From: Kiritimatiella glycovorans
GTDB taxonomy: Bacteria > Verrucomicrobiota > Kiritimatiellia > Kiritimatiellales > Kiritimatiellaceae
Reading direction: 5' to 3'
DNA: 32,000 nt
Assembly: GCF_001017655.1 (NCBI RefSeq)
Contig: NZ_CP010904.1
Span: 2,790,001-2,822,000, forward strand
Below are positions 9,029 through 16,982 of the stretch, piece by piece; the stretch's first letter is position 1, and every line of letters begins with the position of its first letter. The notes below the pieces were generated by a model. The model searched no databases, was not told the DNA's origin, and saw only the letters and a program-made list of their open reading frames with translations. The position numbers were made by a program, and so were the translations under genes.

Positions 9029-10159
9029 ATGGATCGAGCCCCCGCAGTAAAAGTCCCCGACCCCGTCCGTCGCGCGGTGCGGCGGAGGCTGCTCCCGTGG
9101 TTCGCGGAAAACGCCCGGGACCTGCCCTGGCGGCGCCGGCGCACGCCCTACCGCGTCTGGGTCGCCGAGATCATGCTCCAGCAGACCCGCGCCGACCAGG
9201 CGCTTCCCTACTACCGCCGCTTCCTGCGCCGCTTTCCGTCCATGAAATCGCTCGCCGTGGCTCCGCTCGATGACGTGCTCAAGATGTGGGAGGGTCTCGG
9301 ATACTACCGCCGCGCCCGGAACCTGCACAGGGCCGCCCGGATGGTGCGGGAACGGCCGGGCGGTCGTTTTCCGGATACGCTTGAGGGCATTCGCGCGCTG
9401 CCCGGTGTGGGAGCGTATACCGCGGCCGCGGTAGCGAGCCTGGCGTTCAACCTCGACGCCGCGGTGGTCGACGGGAATGTCCGCCGCGTGGTCTGTCGCC
9501 TGCTGGGGCGTACGCTGACGGCGCGCGAGCTGGAGGCCGCCAGCGAGCGGCTGCTGGTCCGGGGCCGGGCGGGTGAATACAATGAGGCCGTGATGGAACT
9601 CGGCGCACTGGTCTGCACCCCTGCGGCACCCGCATGTGACGCATGCCCGATGCGTTCCGCATGTGCCGCGTACCGGTCGGGCGATCCGCATACGCTTCCG
9701 GAAAAAGCGAGGCGGGGTAAAAAGCCGCATCGCAAGGTCGCGGCGGGCGTGGTGTTTAACGGGCGCGGCGAGGTGCTGATCGCACAGCGGAATCCCGACG
9801 ATATGCTCGGCGGACTGTGGGAATTCCCCGGCGGATGCATCGAATCCGGGGAGACTGCGGCCGAGGCGCTGACCCGGGAGCTGCGCGAGGAACTGGGCAT
9901 GGAAGTATGCTCCGAAGGATTGCTCATCACGGTCCGCCACGCGTATTCGCACTTCTCGATCGAAATGGAGGTACACCTCGCCTCCCGGGTGAACCGCGCT
10001 CCGCCGCGTCCGCTGCAGTGCGCCGCCGCACGCTGGGTTCCGGTGGATCGCCTGCGCGGGTACGCCTTCTCCCGCGCCGATCTGCAGGTGATCGAGGCGC
10101 TGGAATGCCGGCAGGCGCCGGTGTCCGGGGAGGGAACTACGGCTGCGGGTAGCCGATGA
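9029..10159 (+). CDS. mutY: A/G-specific adenine DNA glycosylase MutY with C-terminal NUDIX-like domain
   Basis: LPWRRRRTPYRVWVAEIMLQQTRADQALPYYRRFLRRFP marks the HhH-GPD domain. The Fe-S cluster loop is CTPAAPACDACPMRSAC. The C-terminal NUDIX-type segment is GLWEFPGGCIESGETAAEALTRELREELG. The start was chosen at the ATG at 9029; the longer ORF begins at 8981. Confidence 0.9.
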   Translation: MDRAPAVKVPDPVRRAVRRRLLPWFAENARDLPWRRRRTPYRVWVAEIMLQQTRADQALPYYRRFLRRFPSMKSLAVAPLDDVLKMWEGLGYYRRARNLHRAARMVRERPGGRFPDTLEGIRALPGVGAYTAAAVASLAFNLDAAVVDGNVRRVVCRLLGRTLTARELEAASERLLVRGRAGEYNEAVMELGALVCTPAAPACDACPMRSACAAYRSGDPHTLPEKARRGKKPHRKVAAGVVFNGRGEVLIAQRNPDDMLGGLWEFPGGCIESGETAAEALTRELREELGMEVCSEGLLITVRHAYSHFSIEMEVHLASRVNRAPPRPLQCAAARWVPVDRLRGYAFSRADLQVIEALECRQAPVSGEGTTAAGSR

Positions 10160-10889
10160 ACTCCAGCCTGTCGATATAGAAGCGCAGATCTTCGCGGTGG
10201 TACAGGTTGGTTGAGCCGGGGGGAAGGTCGATGCTGATGTTGAACTGCTTGATCGGAATCATGCGCTCCGGCGTGATCTTGTACCGGTCCCCCGGCGAGA
10301 AATACCCCACATCGACCATCCCCTCGCCCAGGGTCGTCTCAATATCCTGCGGCAGTGTCGCCTCATAGGTGACCCAGCCCGCCCCTTCGCGTCCCCGGTT
10401 TCCGCTGAACGGCACTGGTGCTCCCGCCACCTCTTCTCCGATCACCGGGAGCATACTTCTGCGCGAGTCCGGCCTGAAGGCGGCGGTGTTGCCGTACATC
10501 TTGAGCAGGTGGACCTTGTTGTTGGCGTCAGTGATCTCGCCGCGGACAAAAACCTCGCCCTCGTCCTGCGGTACACTGTTCCAGATACGGAACCGGACCC
10601 GGTGGGCGCGTATGAAGGGGATGTAGCGGAGAAGAAGACAACGCCGGTAATCTTCGACGAAATACGGCTCGATCTCCAGCGCCGTGCCGCCCGCCGCCCC
10701 GGACGCGTCCCGGATCTTCATGTCGTGCACGGCACCGGAGGGCTGCCAGAATCCGAGCTCGGGGAAGAGATCGAAGTAGATCACCGGCCCCGACCCGTAG
10801 GAGGCCCCGGATTCCGGCGCGCAGCCGGCGAGGGCCAGGCAAACCGCCAGGAGCATAAGCGTGGATACGCGGTGAGTCCGGTCTGTCAT
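10137..10889 (-). CDS. hypothetical lipoprotein
   Basis: Signal peptide plus lipobox (LLAVCLALAGC). A 4-bp start/stop overlap with the upstream 10886..13060 gene suggests translational coupling. Confidence 0.6.
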   Translation of the reverse strand: MTDRTHRVSTLMLLAVCLALAGCAPESGASYGSGPVIYFDLFPELGFWQPSGAVHDMKIRDASGAAGGTALEIEPYFVEDYRRCLLLRYIPFIRAHRVRFRIWNSVPQDEGEVFVRGEITDANNKVHLLKMYGNTAAFRPDSRRSMLPVIGEEVAGAPVPFSGNRGREGAGWVTYEATLPQDIETTLGEGMVDVGYFSPGDRYKITPERMIPIKQFNISIDLPPGSTNLYHREDLRFYIDRLEFIGYPQP

Positions 10890-13060
10890 GGCAGCATCTT
10901 CTCCCTGCGAATATTCGTGACGCGGTCCGCGGGCACGGTGATCCGCAGGCTTCCGTCATCCCGCCTGAGGATTTCAACCTCCTCCGCCCCGCGATCGCAT
11001 ATGATGCGACAGCGGCGTCCCGCATAATGAATGCCGCCCGCCGCGGCCCGGTCCCATCCGGACGGAAGCCGGGGCCTTACCCGCAGCGCTTCGGGCGAGG
11101 GATCGAGGCCCATCAGCCCGTACAGGTAGAACATGGGGACGTTGCCCGACTCGGGAAAGGGGCCGATGACCCCGAGAATACCGGCCATGCCGTTCTTCAG
11201 ACTCGCGGGGTCGCGGCGCAGCTCATCCTTCTCGAATTCGGCGAGGATCTGCTTGAAAAAGCGCAGGGCCGCGTCGGGCCCGCGCTGGTGCAGCCGGGCC
11301 ATCAGATCGTAATAACTGAGATAAAAGATGGCGCCGCCGTTCTGGACGTTGCCGCCGTAGGGAACGGACCCGCCCGGTCCGACGGTGAGCTGTCCCCCCC
11401 AGTCCTCCCAGTAATAAGGCGGATCTCCCGCGCCTGCATCGACCGTGTTCGGCACGGCCGCAAAACGCCAGTGATAGAGGTCTGCGCCCTTCGCCGTATC
11501 GCCTTCGATGATGCGTTCGCCGGTCAGCCAGCTCATGATGCGCTTGGACTGCTCCGGGGTCGCCAGTCCGTAGGCGATGGCGGGGATGTTGACGAACGTG
11601 AAACCGTAGTCATGTCGCCGTCCGTCCTTGTCGATCCAGCCGATAAAACGCCCCTTTTCATCATCCCAGAACAACTCGCCTGCGCGCTTCCGGACCGTGG
11701 CGGCCAGGGCCTCGCAGCGTGCTGCCGCCTCGTCATTTCCGTTCCAGCGCTCGATGTCGGCCATCGCGCGCAGGGAGGCATGAAAAAAGATATTGGCGTA
11801 GGCCGATTTCCATCCGAACCGCCACCCGTCCCAGTAGTTGCTCGCGTGTCCTTCGGCCGTGCCGTCGTTCCCGGGATAGGTGATGACCAGCAGGCCCTCC
11901 TCCCCGCGCAGGTCTTCGAGACAGTGGCGCATCGCACGCCGCGCCTTGTGCAGGATGGTCTCGCCGGTATTCGCGTCCTCCCGCCCCCAGAAATCCGGCT
12001 CCGCGGTCCACGAATGATACCGGTGGAGGGCCAGGATGTACGTGGGGTTGTTCACCGCATGGCGCGTGTGAAACAGGTGGCGGGGGTCGGCTTCGGAGGC
12101 CCAGACAAATCCGTCGGGGTCCATCTTCGTATCGCGCAGCACGCGCCCCAGGCGTTCGCGCTCTTTATGCAGACCGGTCCAGCTGACCTGCAGCGCGGCC
12201 CATTCGCTCCATTCGGCGACGGGAAAGGCGAGCACGCCGCCGGCGAGCGGTCGTCGGCTCTCCCACCAGGGATCCCCCTTGAGATGGATCTCGTTTGCGG
12301 ACGATCCGTACACGAGCCAGAGATTGTTCAGCGCGGCGTTAAACGCCTCGCCCCCGTCGCACTCGAACGGCAGTCGGGACCCTCCGCGGACTTCCAGCTC
12401 CAGCGCGGCCCGTCCACCGGGCAGGCGCGGACAGAGGATGCGCACACCCTGCGCAGCGAGGCCGTGCATCGGCAGGATCACCGTGCGACCCTCCGGGTCG
12501 GGATAAGGACCGAGGTCGTAGCGGGGCACGGTGTGCCACGTGCGCCCGCGATCCATGCAGTACTGGACGCGCAATTCGGACGGGAAAGACGCACCCTCCA
12601 CGGGCAGGAGACGAAGTTCATCGATCCGCCGCGTTCCCGGGAAAAGAACGCCCGCGTGAGCGAAGGGATACGCTTCCCCGGAACGGAATCGGAGCGTGCG
12701 CAGGGTTTCGATACGTCCGCCGTTTCCCGATACGGACGAGGCCGGATGAAGCACCGGCGGAGGCGCGGAGACGCTCCTGGCCGTGTGATTGGAGACCGTC
12801 TTCCATCCGCTCCGCGAACCGCTCATGCTGATCGATCGGGCGCGGACGGCGTAGGACCCCGGCGCGGCGAACTCATGCGCCGCGTAGCCGGTGTAGCTCT
12901 CCTCGACCAGGGTCGTGGGCGTCTCGGTCCCGTCGCCGAAATCAAAAATATAATAGTGGTACTCGCCGCCATGATCGTGCCGCACGGCGAACTCGGCGCC
13001 GCACGTGCCGCCGGCCGCCACCAGCAGCAGAGCCACCGCTCCCCACACGCCCGTTTTCAT
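10886..13060 (-). CDS. secreted PKD-domain protein with putative (alpha/alpha)6 glycoside-hydrolase-like C-terminal region
   Basis: Signal peptide from the internal ATG at 13060 (MKTGVWGAVALLLVAAGGTCGA). It carries the PKD hallmark FDFGDGT. The large C-terminal region has glycosidase-like motifs (HASNYWDGWRFGWKSAYANIFFHASLRAMADIE). The functional call is tentative. Confidence 0.55.
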   Translation of the reverse strand: MKTGVWGAVALLLVAAGGTCGAEFAVRHDHGGEYHYYIFDFGDGTETPTTLVEESYTGYAAHEFAAPGSYAVRARSISMSGSRSGWKTVSNHTARSVSAPPPVLHPASSVSGNGGRIETLRTLRFRSGEAYPFAHAGVLFPGTRRIDELRLLPVEGASFPSELRVQYCMDRGRTWHTVPRYDLGPYPDPEGRTVILPMHGLAAQGVRILCPRLPGGRAALELEVRGGSRLPFECDGGEAFNAALNNLWLVYGSSANEIHLKGDPWWESRRPLAGGVLAFPVAEWSEWAALQVSWTGLHKERERLGRVLRDTKMDPDGFVWASEADPRHLFHTRHAVNNPTYILALHRYHSWTAEPDFWGREDANTGETILHKARRAMRHCLEDLRGEEGLLVITYPGNDGTAEGHASNYWDGWRFGWKSAYANIFFHASLRAMADIERWNGNDEAAARCEALAATVRKRAGELFWDDEKGRFIGWIDKDGRRHDYGFTFVNIPAIAYGLATPEQSKRIMSWLTGERIIEGDTAKGADLYHWRFAAVPNTVDAGAGDPPYYWEDWGGQLTVGPGGSVPYGGNVQNGGAIFYLSYYDLMARLHQRGPDAALRFFKQILAEFEKDELRRDPASLKNGMAGILGVIGPFPESGNVPMFYLYGLMGLDPSPEALRVRPRLPSGWDRAAAGGIHYAGRRCRIICDRGAEEVEILRRDDGSLRITVPADRVTNIRREKMLP

Positions 13061-13295
13061 AAACCCCGAACAGGCCATCCGCATCCTCCGAAAAGCGTAT
13101 ATTATGATAAGGGGCATTCCTTATAGTTATCCTTATGTTTGTCAATGCGAAAGTATGCTGAAATCGGTGCAAGCGGGTTCTTCGTGGATTTTTTGTGGAA
13201 AGTCGCCCGGGAAAAAGGTGGGGCGCGGGAGATCAGGGGGAGAGGAGTATAGGGATAGACCATGGACACATGAAGGTGGGTTGAGAGGGGGGGCA

Positions 13296-13530
13296 AAATC
13301 GGGATCGGGATTCACCACAGACCGCAGACCACAGAGGATACCGGGTTCGGGACGGGAGGCGACCACGGATTATACCGATGGCACGGATGGGGTCTCGAAA
13401 GCCGAATCGAAGTCGAAATCGGGATTCACAGAGATCATAATTCGTACTCGTACTCGGAGCGCCGCAGGCGCGATCTTATTCCCGGTTTAAGAACTCGGGC
13501 ACGAGTACGATATATCCCTGAGTGTCCCAA
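13296..13530. repeat. intergenic mosaic repeat (copy II)
   Basis: aaatcggga(tcggga)ttcac occurs at ~13296 and aaatcgggattcac at 13417. gtactcggagcgccgcaggcgcgatc at 13450-13475 is the inverted copy of 8808-8833. cgagtacgatatatccctgagtgtccc at ~13502-13527 parallels cgagtacgatattcccgcgggtgtccc at ~16942-16968. Confidence 0.65.
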
Positions 13531-13627
13531 TAAAGGGTTTCCCCGCACGGATATTCGGGGTCGGTTGAATCTCCTGTGCTTCGAGGCTCCGACAACCCTC
13601 GCGCCCAACCGTCATGCACAGATCAGG

Positions 13628-15616
13628 CTAAAGCGAAGTATCGTCGTCGAACTTCAGCTCCTGCGAGCGTCCTTCGTCTTCATACATCCGGCTCGCGGGA
13701 AAGGTGACGCGGCGCAGGATGGTGCAGCCCATCGGCGTCAGGCGCACGTCCATCAACCCGCGCCCGCGGTGCAGTTCGCCCTTGAGCACCAGCGGCGAAC
13801 GGGTCCAGGGATCGAGCGGATCGGCCCCTTTGTCACGCTCCGCGGTGAATCCGAATCCCGGTCCCGCCTGGGCATCCAGCGCGCACCGCCACAGGTTCTT
13901 GTTACGGCCCGGCGTGAATGAAAGGATTGGCTGCGTCCCGCCGTTAAGTTCCTCCACGGTCTGCTGCCCGCTTGGGAACTCGCCGTAGTGTTCGTGCCGC
14001 TCCGCATCGATCTCCGCGGCGAACACCAGCGGTCCGCGCTTTAAGTAGAACTCGCGGTTCGCCGCGCGGCGCGCCTCGATATCAGGATCAAACGTCAGCA
14101 CGACGCGGTCGCCGGGCCGCCAGGTCTTGCGCAGGATAAAGGCGTCCTGCGCCTTCTCAAGCTCTGCCCCCGAGGCCTCTACGGTGGCGTGCTCCGACCA
14201 GCGCGGACGGCGGAGGACGAGATCGAAAGCCGTGGCTTTTTCGGGAGTGATCACAAATTCGATCCGGTCCTCGAACGGGTAGTTCGTGCGCTCTTCGATG
14301 CGCACTCGCACCCCGCCGAGCTGCGTATCGACGCGACAGGGTCCGTAGGCGAGGGCCGCGAGCCCGCGTTCGTCTCCAAGGCGCTTGAACTGTTCACTCA
14401 CGTACATCGGGAACAGGTGTAACATGCGCGTGGTACAGCAGAACGGCTCATGTGCCGGGCTGTACAGGAAACGATGAAACTCACTGCCTGGAAGGCGGTA
14501 CTGGTTGTCGCGCTTGAGGTAGGCGTGGGCCGCCCCGTCGGGCAGGCGCGCGCCCATGCCGGCGTTGAAGGCGGCGCGCTCCGCCAAGTCCGCGAGCTGG
14601 AGATCTCCGCTCTTCTCCGCCGCCCAGAGCGCGTTCTCCGCCAGGTAGGTGGTCGTGCAGTACTCGATGGCAATGTCCGGGAACGGGAGCCGCCCTCCCG
14701 CATCTTCGTCACCGATCAGCGATCCGCTCGGGCTGAGCTGGCGCTCCAGTTTGCGGAAGGCTACCTCCCCGGCCTCGCGAATGCGCGACTCGCCGGTGAC
14801 CGACCACAACAAATAGGGCAGGCACAGGGTGCCCGTGGTGTTGCAGGCGTGTCCGACGAACCTCCGGTCCGGATCGAGCAGATTGTCCGGAACGCAGTCT
14901 CGAAAGATCGCCGCGCCGCCGGGGGACCGGTTGAAGTTTTCGATCACGAACGCCGCGTAGTCGGCGTATTCGCGCTTCCCGGTCAGCCCGGCCAGACGAT
15001 CGAGAAACTGCGGATAACTCATCACCTGGAAGTGCTTCATCCACAGATTGGGCGTCTCGCGGTTGAAGTGTTTCATGTCACACTGAACCGCGCGTTCGAC
15101 GGCCTCCAGAATGTCCGGCCGGTCGAACGTCTGGGCCCAGGCGAGCATGCCCAGGAACAGAAATCCGCGGTGTACATCGCGGTCGATCGTTCTCGGCGTG
15201 TATCGTGTCTCGGGCGGCCAGATCCCGATGTAGCCGTCCTCGTCCTGCGACGCCAGGATCTTATCGATGAAGGCCTCCGCCCGCTGGCGCGCAGCCGGGT
15301 CATCCACCATGGCGGCGTTGATCAGCAGCGCGTATCCCCAGTAGCCCTCCGCCGCACCATCCCAGATGTGCGGATAGTCGTCCTTCTTGTCCGGATTGTC
15401 GCCGCGCAGCGTGAAGGCTTCGTTTTTCACCATCCACGAATTGTGAAAGCGCGCGAACAACCCCTCCTTCACATCGCGCTCGAGCTGCGCCGCGACCCAC
15501 CCCGCCGGCTCGATATCGCCGTACGGCAGCGGATGAAGCTCCCCTTCGAACGCCGTAACCGGCCCGCTCCACAGCACCGCCAGCAGGCCCGCCGCCACCC
15601 ATCGTCTCGTATTCAT
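13628..15616 (-). CDS. DUF1680 / GH127-like glycoside hydrolase family protein (beta-L-arabinofuranosidase-like), secreted
   Basis: 662 aa with a signal peptide (MNTRRWVAAGLLAVLWSGPVTA). The size and the GHACNT and PFCCTTRM segments resemble the GH127 Cys-rich Zn/catalytic site region. The family call comes from memory of motifs, not from alignment. Confidence 0.55.
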   Translation of the reverse strand: MNTRRWVAAGLLAVLWSGPVTAFEGELHPLPYGDIEPAGWVAAQLERDVKEGLFARFHNSWMVKNEAFTLRGDNPDKKDDYPHIWDGAAEGYWGYALLINAAMVDDPAARQRAEAFIDKILASQDEDGYIGIWPPETRYTPRTIDRDVHRGFLFLGMLAWAQTFDRPDILEAVERAVQCDMKHFNRETPNLWMKHFQVMSYPQFLDRLAGLTGKREYADYAAFVIENFNRSPGGAAIFRDCVPDNLLDPDRRFVGHACNTTGTLCLPYLLWSVTGESRIREAGEVAFRKLERQLSPSGSLIGDEDAGGRLPFPDIAIEYCTTTYLAENALWAAEKSGDLQLADLAERAAFNAGMGARLPDGAAHAYLKRDNQYRLPGSEFHRFLYSPAHEPFCCTTRMLHLFPMYVSEQFKRLGDERGLAALAYGPCRVDTQLGGVRVRIEERTNYPFEDRIEFVITPEKATAFDLVLRRPRWSEHATVEASGAELEKAQDAFILRKTWRPGDRVVLTFDPDIEARRAANREFYLKRGPLVFAAEIDAERHEHYGEFPSGQQTVEELNGGTQPILSFTPGRNKNLWRCALDAQAGPGFGFTAERDKGADPLDPWTRSPLVLKGELHRGRGLMDVRLTPMGCTILRRVTFPASRMYEDEGRSQELKFDDDTSL

Positions 15617-15723
15617 CGGATCGTCTCCCTGTTGTGTTTATGCGGTGGCATCATGGGCTTCATCTCCCGGCAGCGTCCATCGCGCGAGTTGACCTATGGC
15701 TATCCTTATTTTACCCTGTGCGC

Positions 15724-16575
15724 ATGAAAAGAGTTCAAAGCCTTCCGGTGCTCGAAGAGAAAGCGTGCGAGGCGTTGCGCTGGGATGCGCTTGTCACCAA
15801 GTCTTTTCGCGATGATCTCGTGTGTACCCGGGACTACACCGGGATTCCTCTGACCGGCCGAAGACAACACCATGAATTGACATATTTTCACCGGGGGCAA
15901 GGACGGGTGTGGACGGGCGGGCGCACCTATCCGGTCGCTGGCGGAGAGATGGTGTTGATTCGAGCGGAAGATTTCCTGCGATTTGAGGTGGATGAGGGTG
16001 AGTCACTGGAGCGTCATGCGCTGCAGTTCGAGGTTTGCGATGAGCGGGGGCGTTATGTCCGTTTGCCTGAAACCCGCTTTCCGGTTTATCGCAGAACCGA
16101 CGATCCGCCTTTCTGGCACGGGGCGATCCGCACGGTGCGGAACCTCTTCTACGCCGGGTATTCGCGGGAGAGCGCGCACTGGATGAAGGCCCTGCTCACG
16201 CTATACGGGCTCGATCTCGAACGGCACGAGGCGGGCGGGCGCAATGACCGTCTGGACAGGCTTTCCGGATTGTGCGAGCGGATTCGGCGAGATCCGGCGA
16301 ACGCGCCGACGGTGGCCGCGATGGTTCGCGGGTTTCATTCTTCGCACCGCCATTTCATCGAATGTTTCAGGGCGTACGCCGGCGAAACCCCGCGCCGCTA
16401 TCTGCTGCGTGCGCGTATGGAGAAGGCGGAGATGCTGCTCCGTGAAACGAACTGGACGGTTGCACGCATTGCCGGGGAAATCGGTTATGCCAATCCGTTT
16501 AAATTCAGCGAACAATTCAAAACCTGGCGGGGGGCGTCACCCTCCGGGTATCGCGCGAACCACGGGGCCGTTTGA
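15724..16575 (+). CDS. AraC/XylS family transcriptional regulator
   Basis: C-terminal double HTH (ETPRRYLLRARMEKAEMLLRETNWTVARIAGEIGYANPFKFSEQFKTWRGASPSGYR). The N-terminal sensor domain is cupin-like. It is divergent from the GH127-like gene. The start was taken at the ATG at 15724 (MKRVQS...); the ORF opens at 15634. Confidence 0.85.
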   Translation: MKRVQSLPVLEEKACEALRWDALVTKSFRDDLVCTRDYTGIPLTGRRQHHELTYFHRGQGRVWTGGRTYPVAGGEMVLIRAEDFLRFEVDEGESLERHALQFEVCDERGRYVRLPETRFPVYRRTDDPPFWHGAIRTVRNLFYAGYSRESAHWMKALLTLYGLDLERHEAGGRNDRLDRLSGLCERIRRDPANAPTVAAMVRGFHSSHRHFIECFRAYAGETPRRYLLRARMEKAEMLLRETNWTVARIAGEIGYANPFKFSEQFKTWRGASPSGYRANHGAV

Positions 16576-16603
16576 ATCCCGCGGCGCTGGGCCGGCCGGA
16601 TCA

Positions 16604-16982
16604 GCGGCGGAAGACCACGCGTAATTCACGGCCTTCTGCTGTAAAACAGAATCCCTACCTTCACGCATGGGTTCGACCTGCGTCTCCCGGGCAGGGCGTG
16701 CTCTTCGAGCGCACCGGTCTTGCGGACGGCCCGGAGGCCCGTCCCTACCTTCACGCATGGGTTCGGCCTGCATCTCCCGGGTAGGGCGCGATCTCTCCGC
16801 CTTCGGCCCTTTATGCCTTCGGCGGACAGGCTAAGCGCGCCGCTCTTGCGGACGGCCCGGAGGTCCGTCCCCACCCTCACGCACGGGTTCGGCTAGCGCC
16901 TCTTGGGTAGGGCGCGACTCCATCCCCCGATTCAAGGAATTCGAGTACGATATTCCCGCGGGTGTCCCCATGTGGAACTCAG
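16604..16982. repeat. 379-bp repeat-rich insert flanked by a 24-bp direct duplication of the sulfatase 3' end
   Basis: gcggcggaagaccacgcgtaattc occurs at 16604-16627 and 16983-17006. The interior carries three related units of the type cttgcggacggcccggagg(c/t)ccgtccc(t/c)acc(t/c)tcacgca(t/c)gggttcgg...tctcccggg(c/t)agggcg. Confidence 0.75.

Noticed and set aside
8634-9144. Small ORFs (84-100 aa) in the ferritin/mutY spacer, and similar ones at 13005..13490 and 16537..16880
   Set aside because: They are composed of translated repeat modules (e.g. TRTRNRTRTR from the GAGTAC hexamers, LPGRR/PNPCVKVG from the dispersed repeat). They have no RBS or protein-like features.
11027-13126. 699-aa plus-strand ORF. 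The same issue applies to the long ORFs 716..2209(-), 4120..5481(+), 14450..15727(+), 18838..20544(+), 20478..21548(-), 21200..22000(+), 25061..26098(-), 24266..24979(-), 27370..28608(+) and 28742..29584(+).
   Set aside because: Each lies antisense to or out of frame with a gene that has clear family motifs, signal peptides and natural composition. The rejected ORFs are Arg/Gly/Pro/Ala/His-rich with no motifs. This is the usual shadow-ORF artefact of high-GC DNA.
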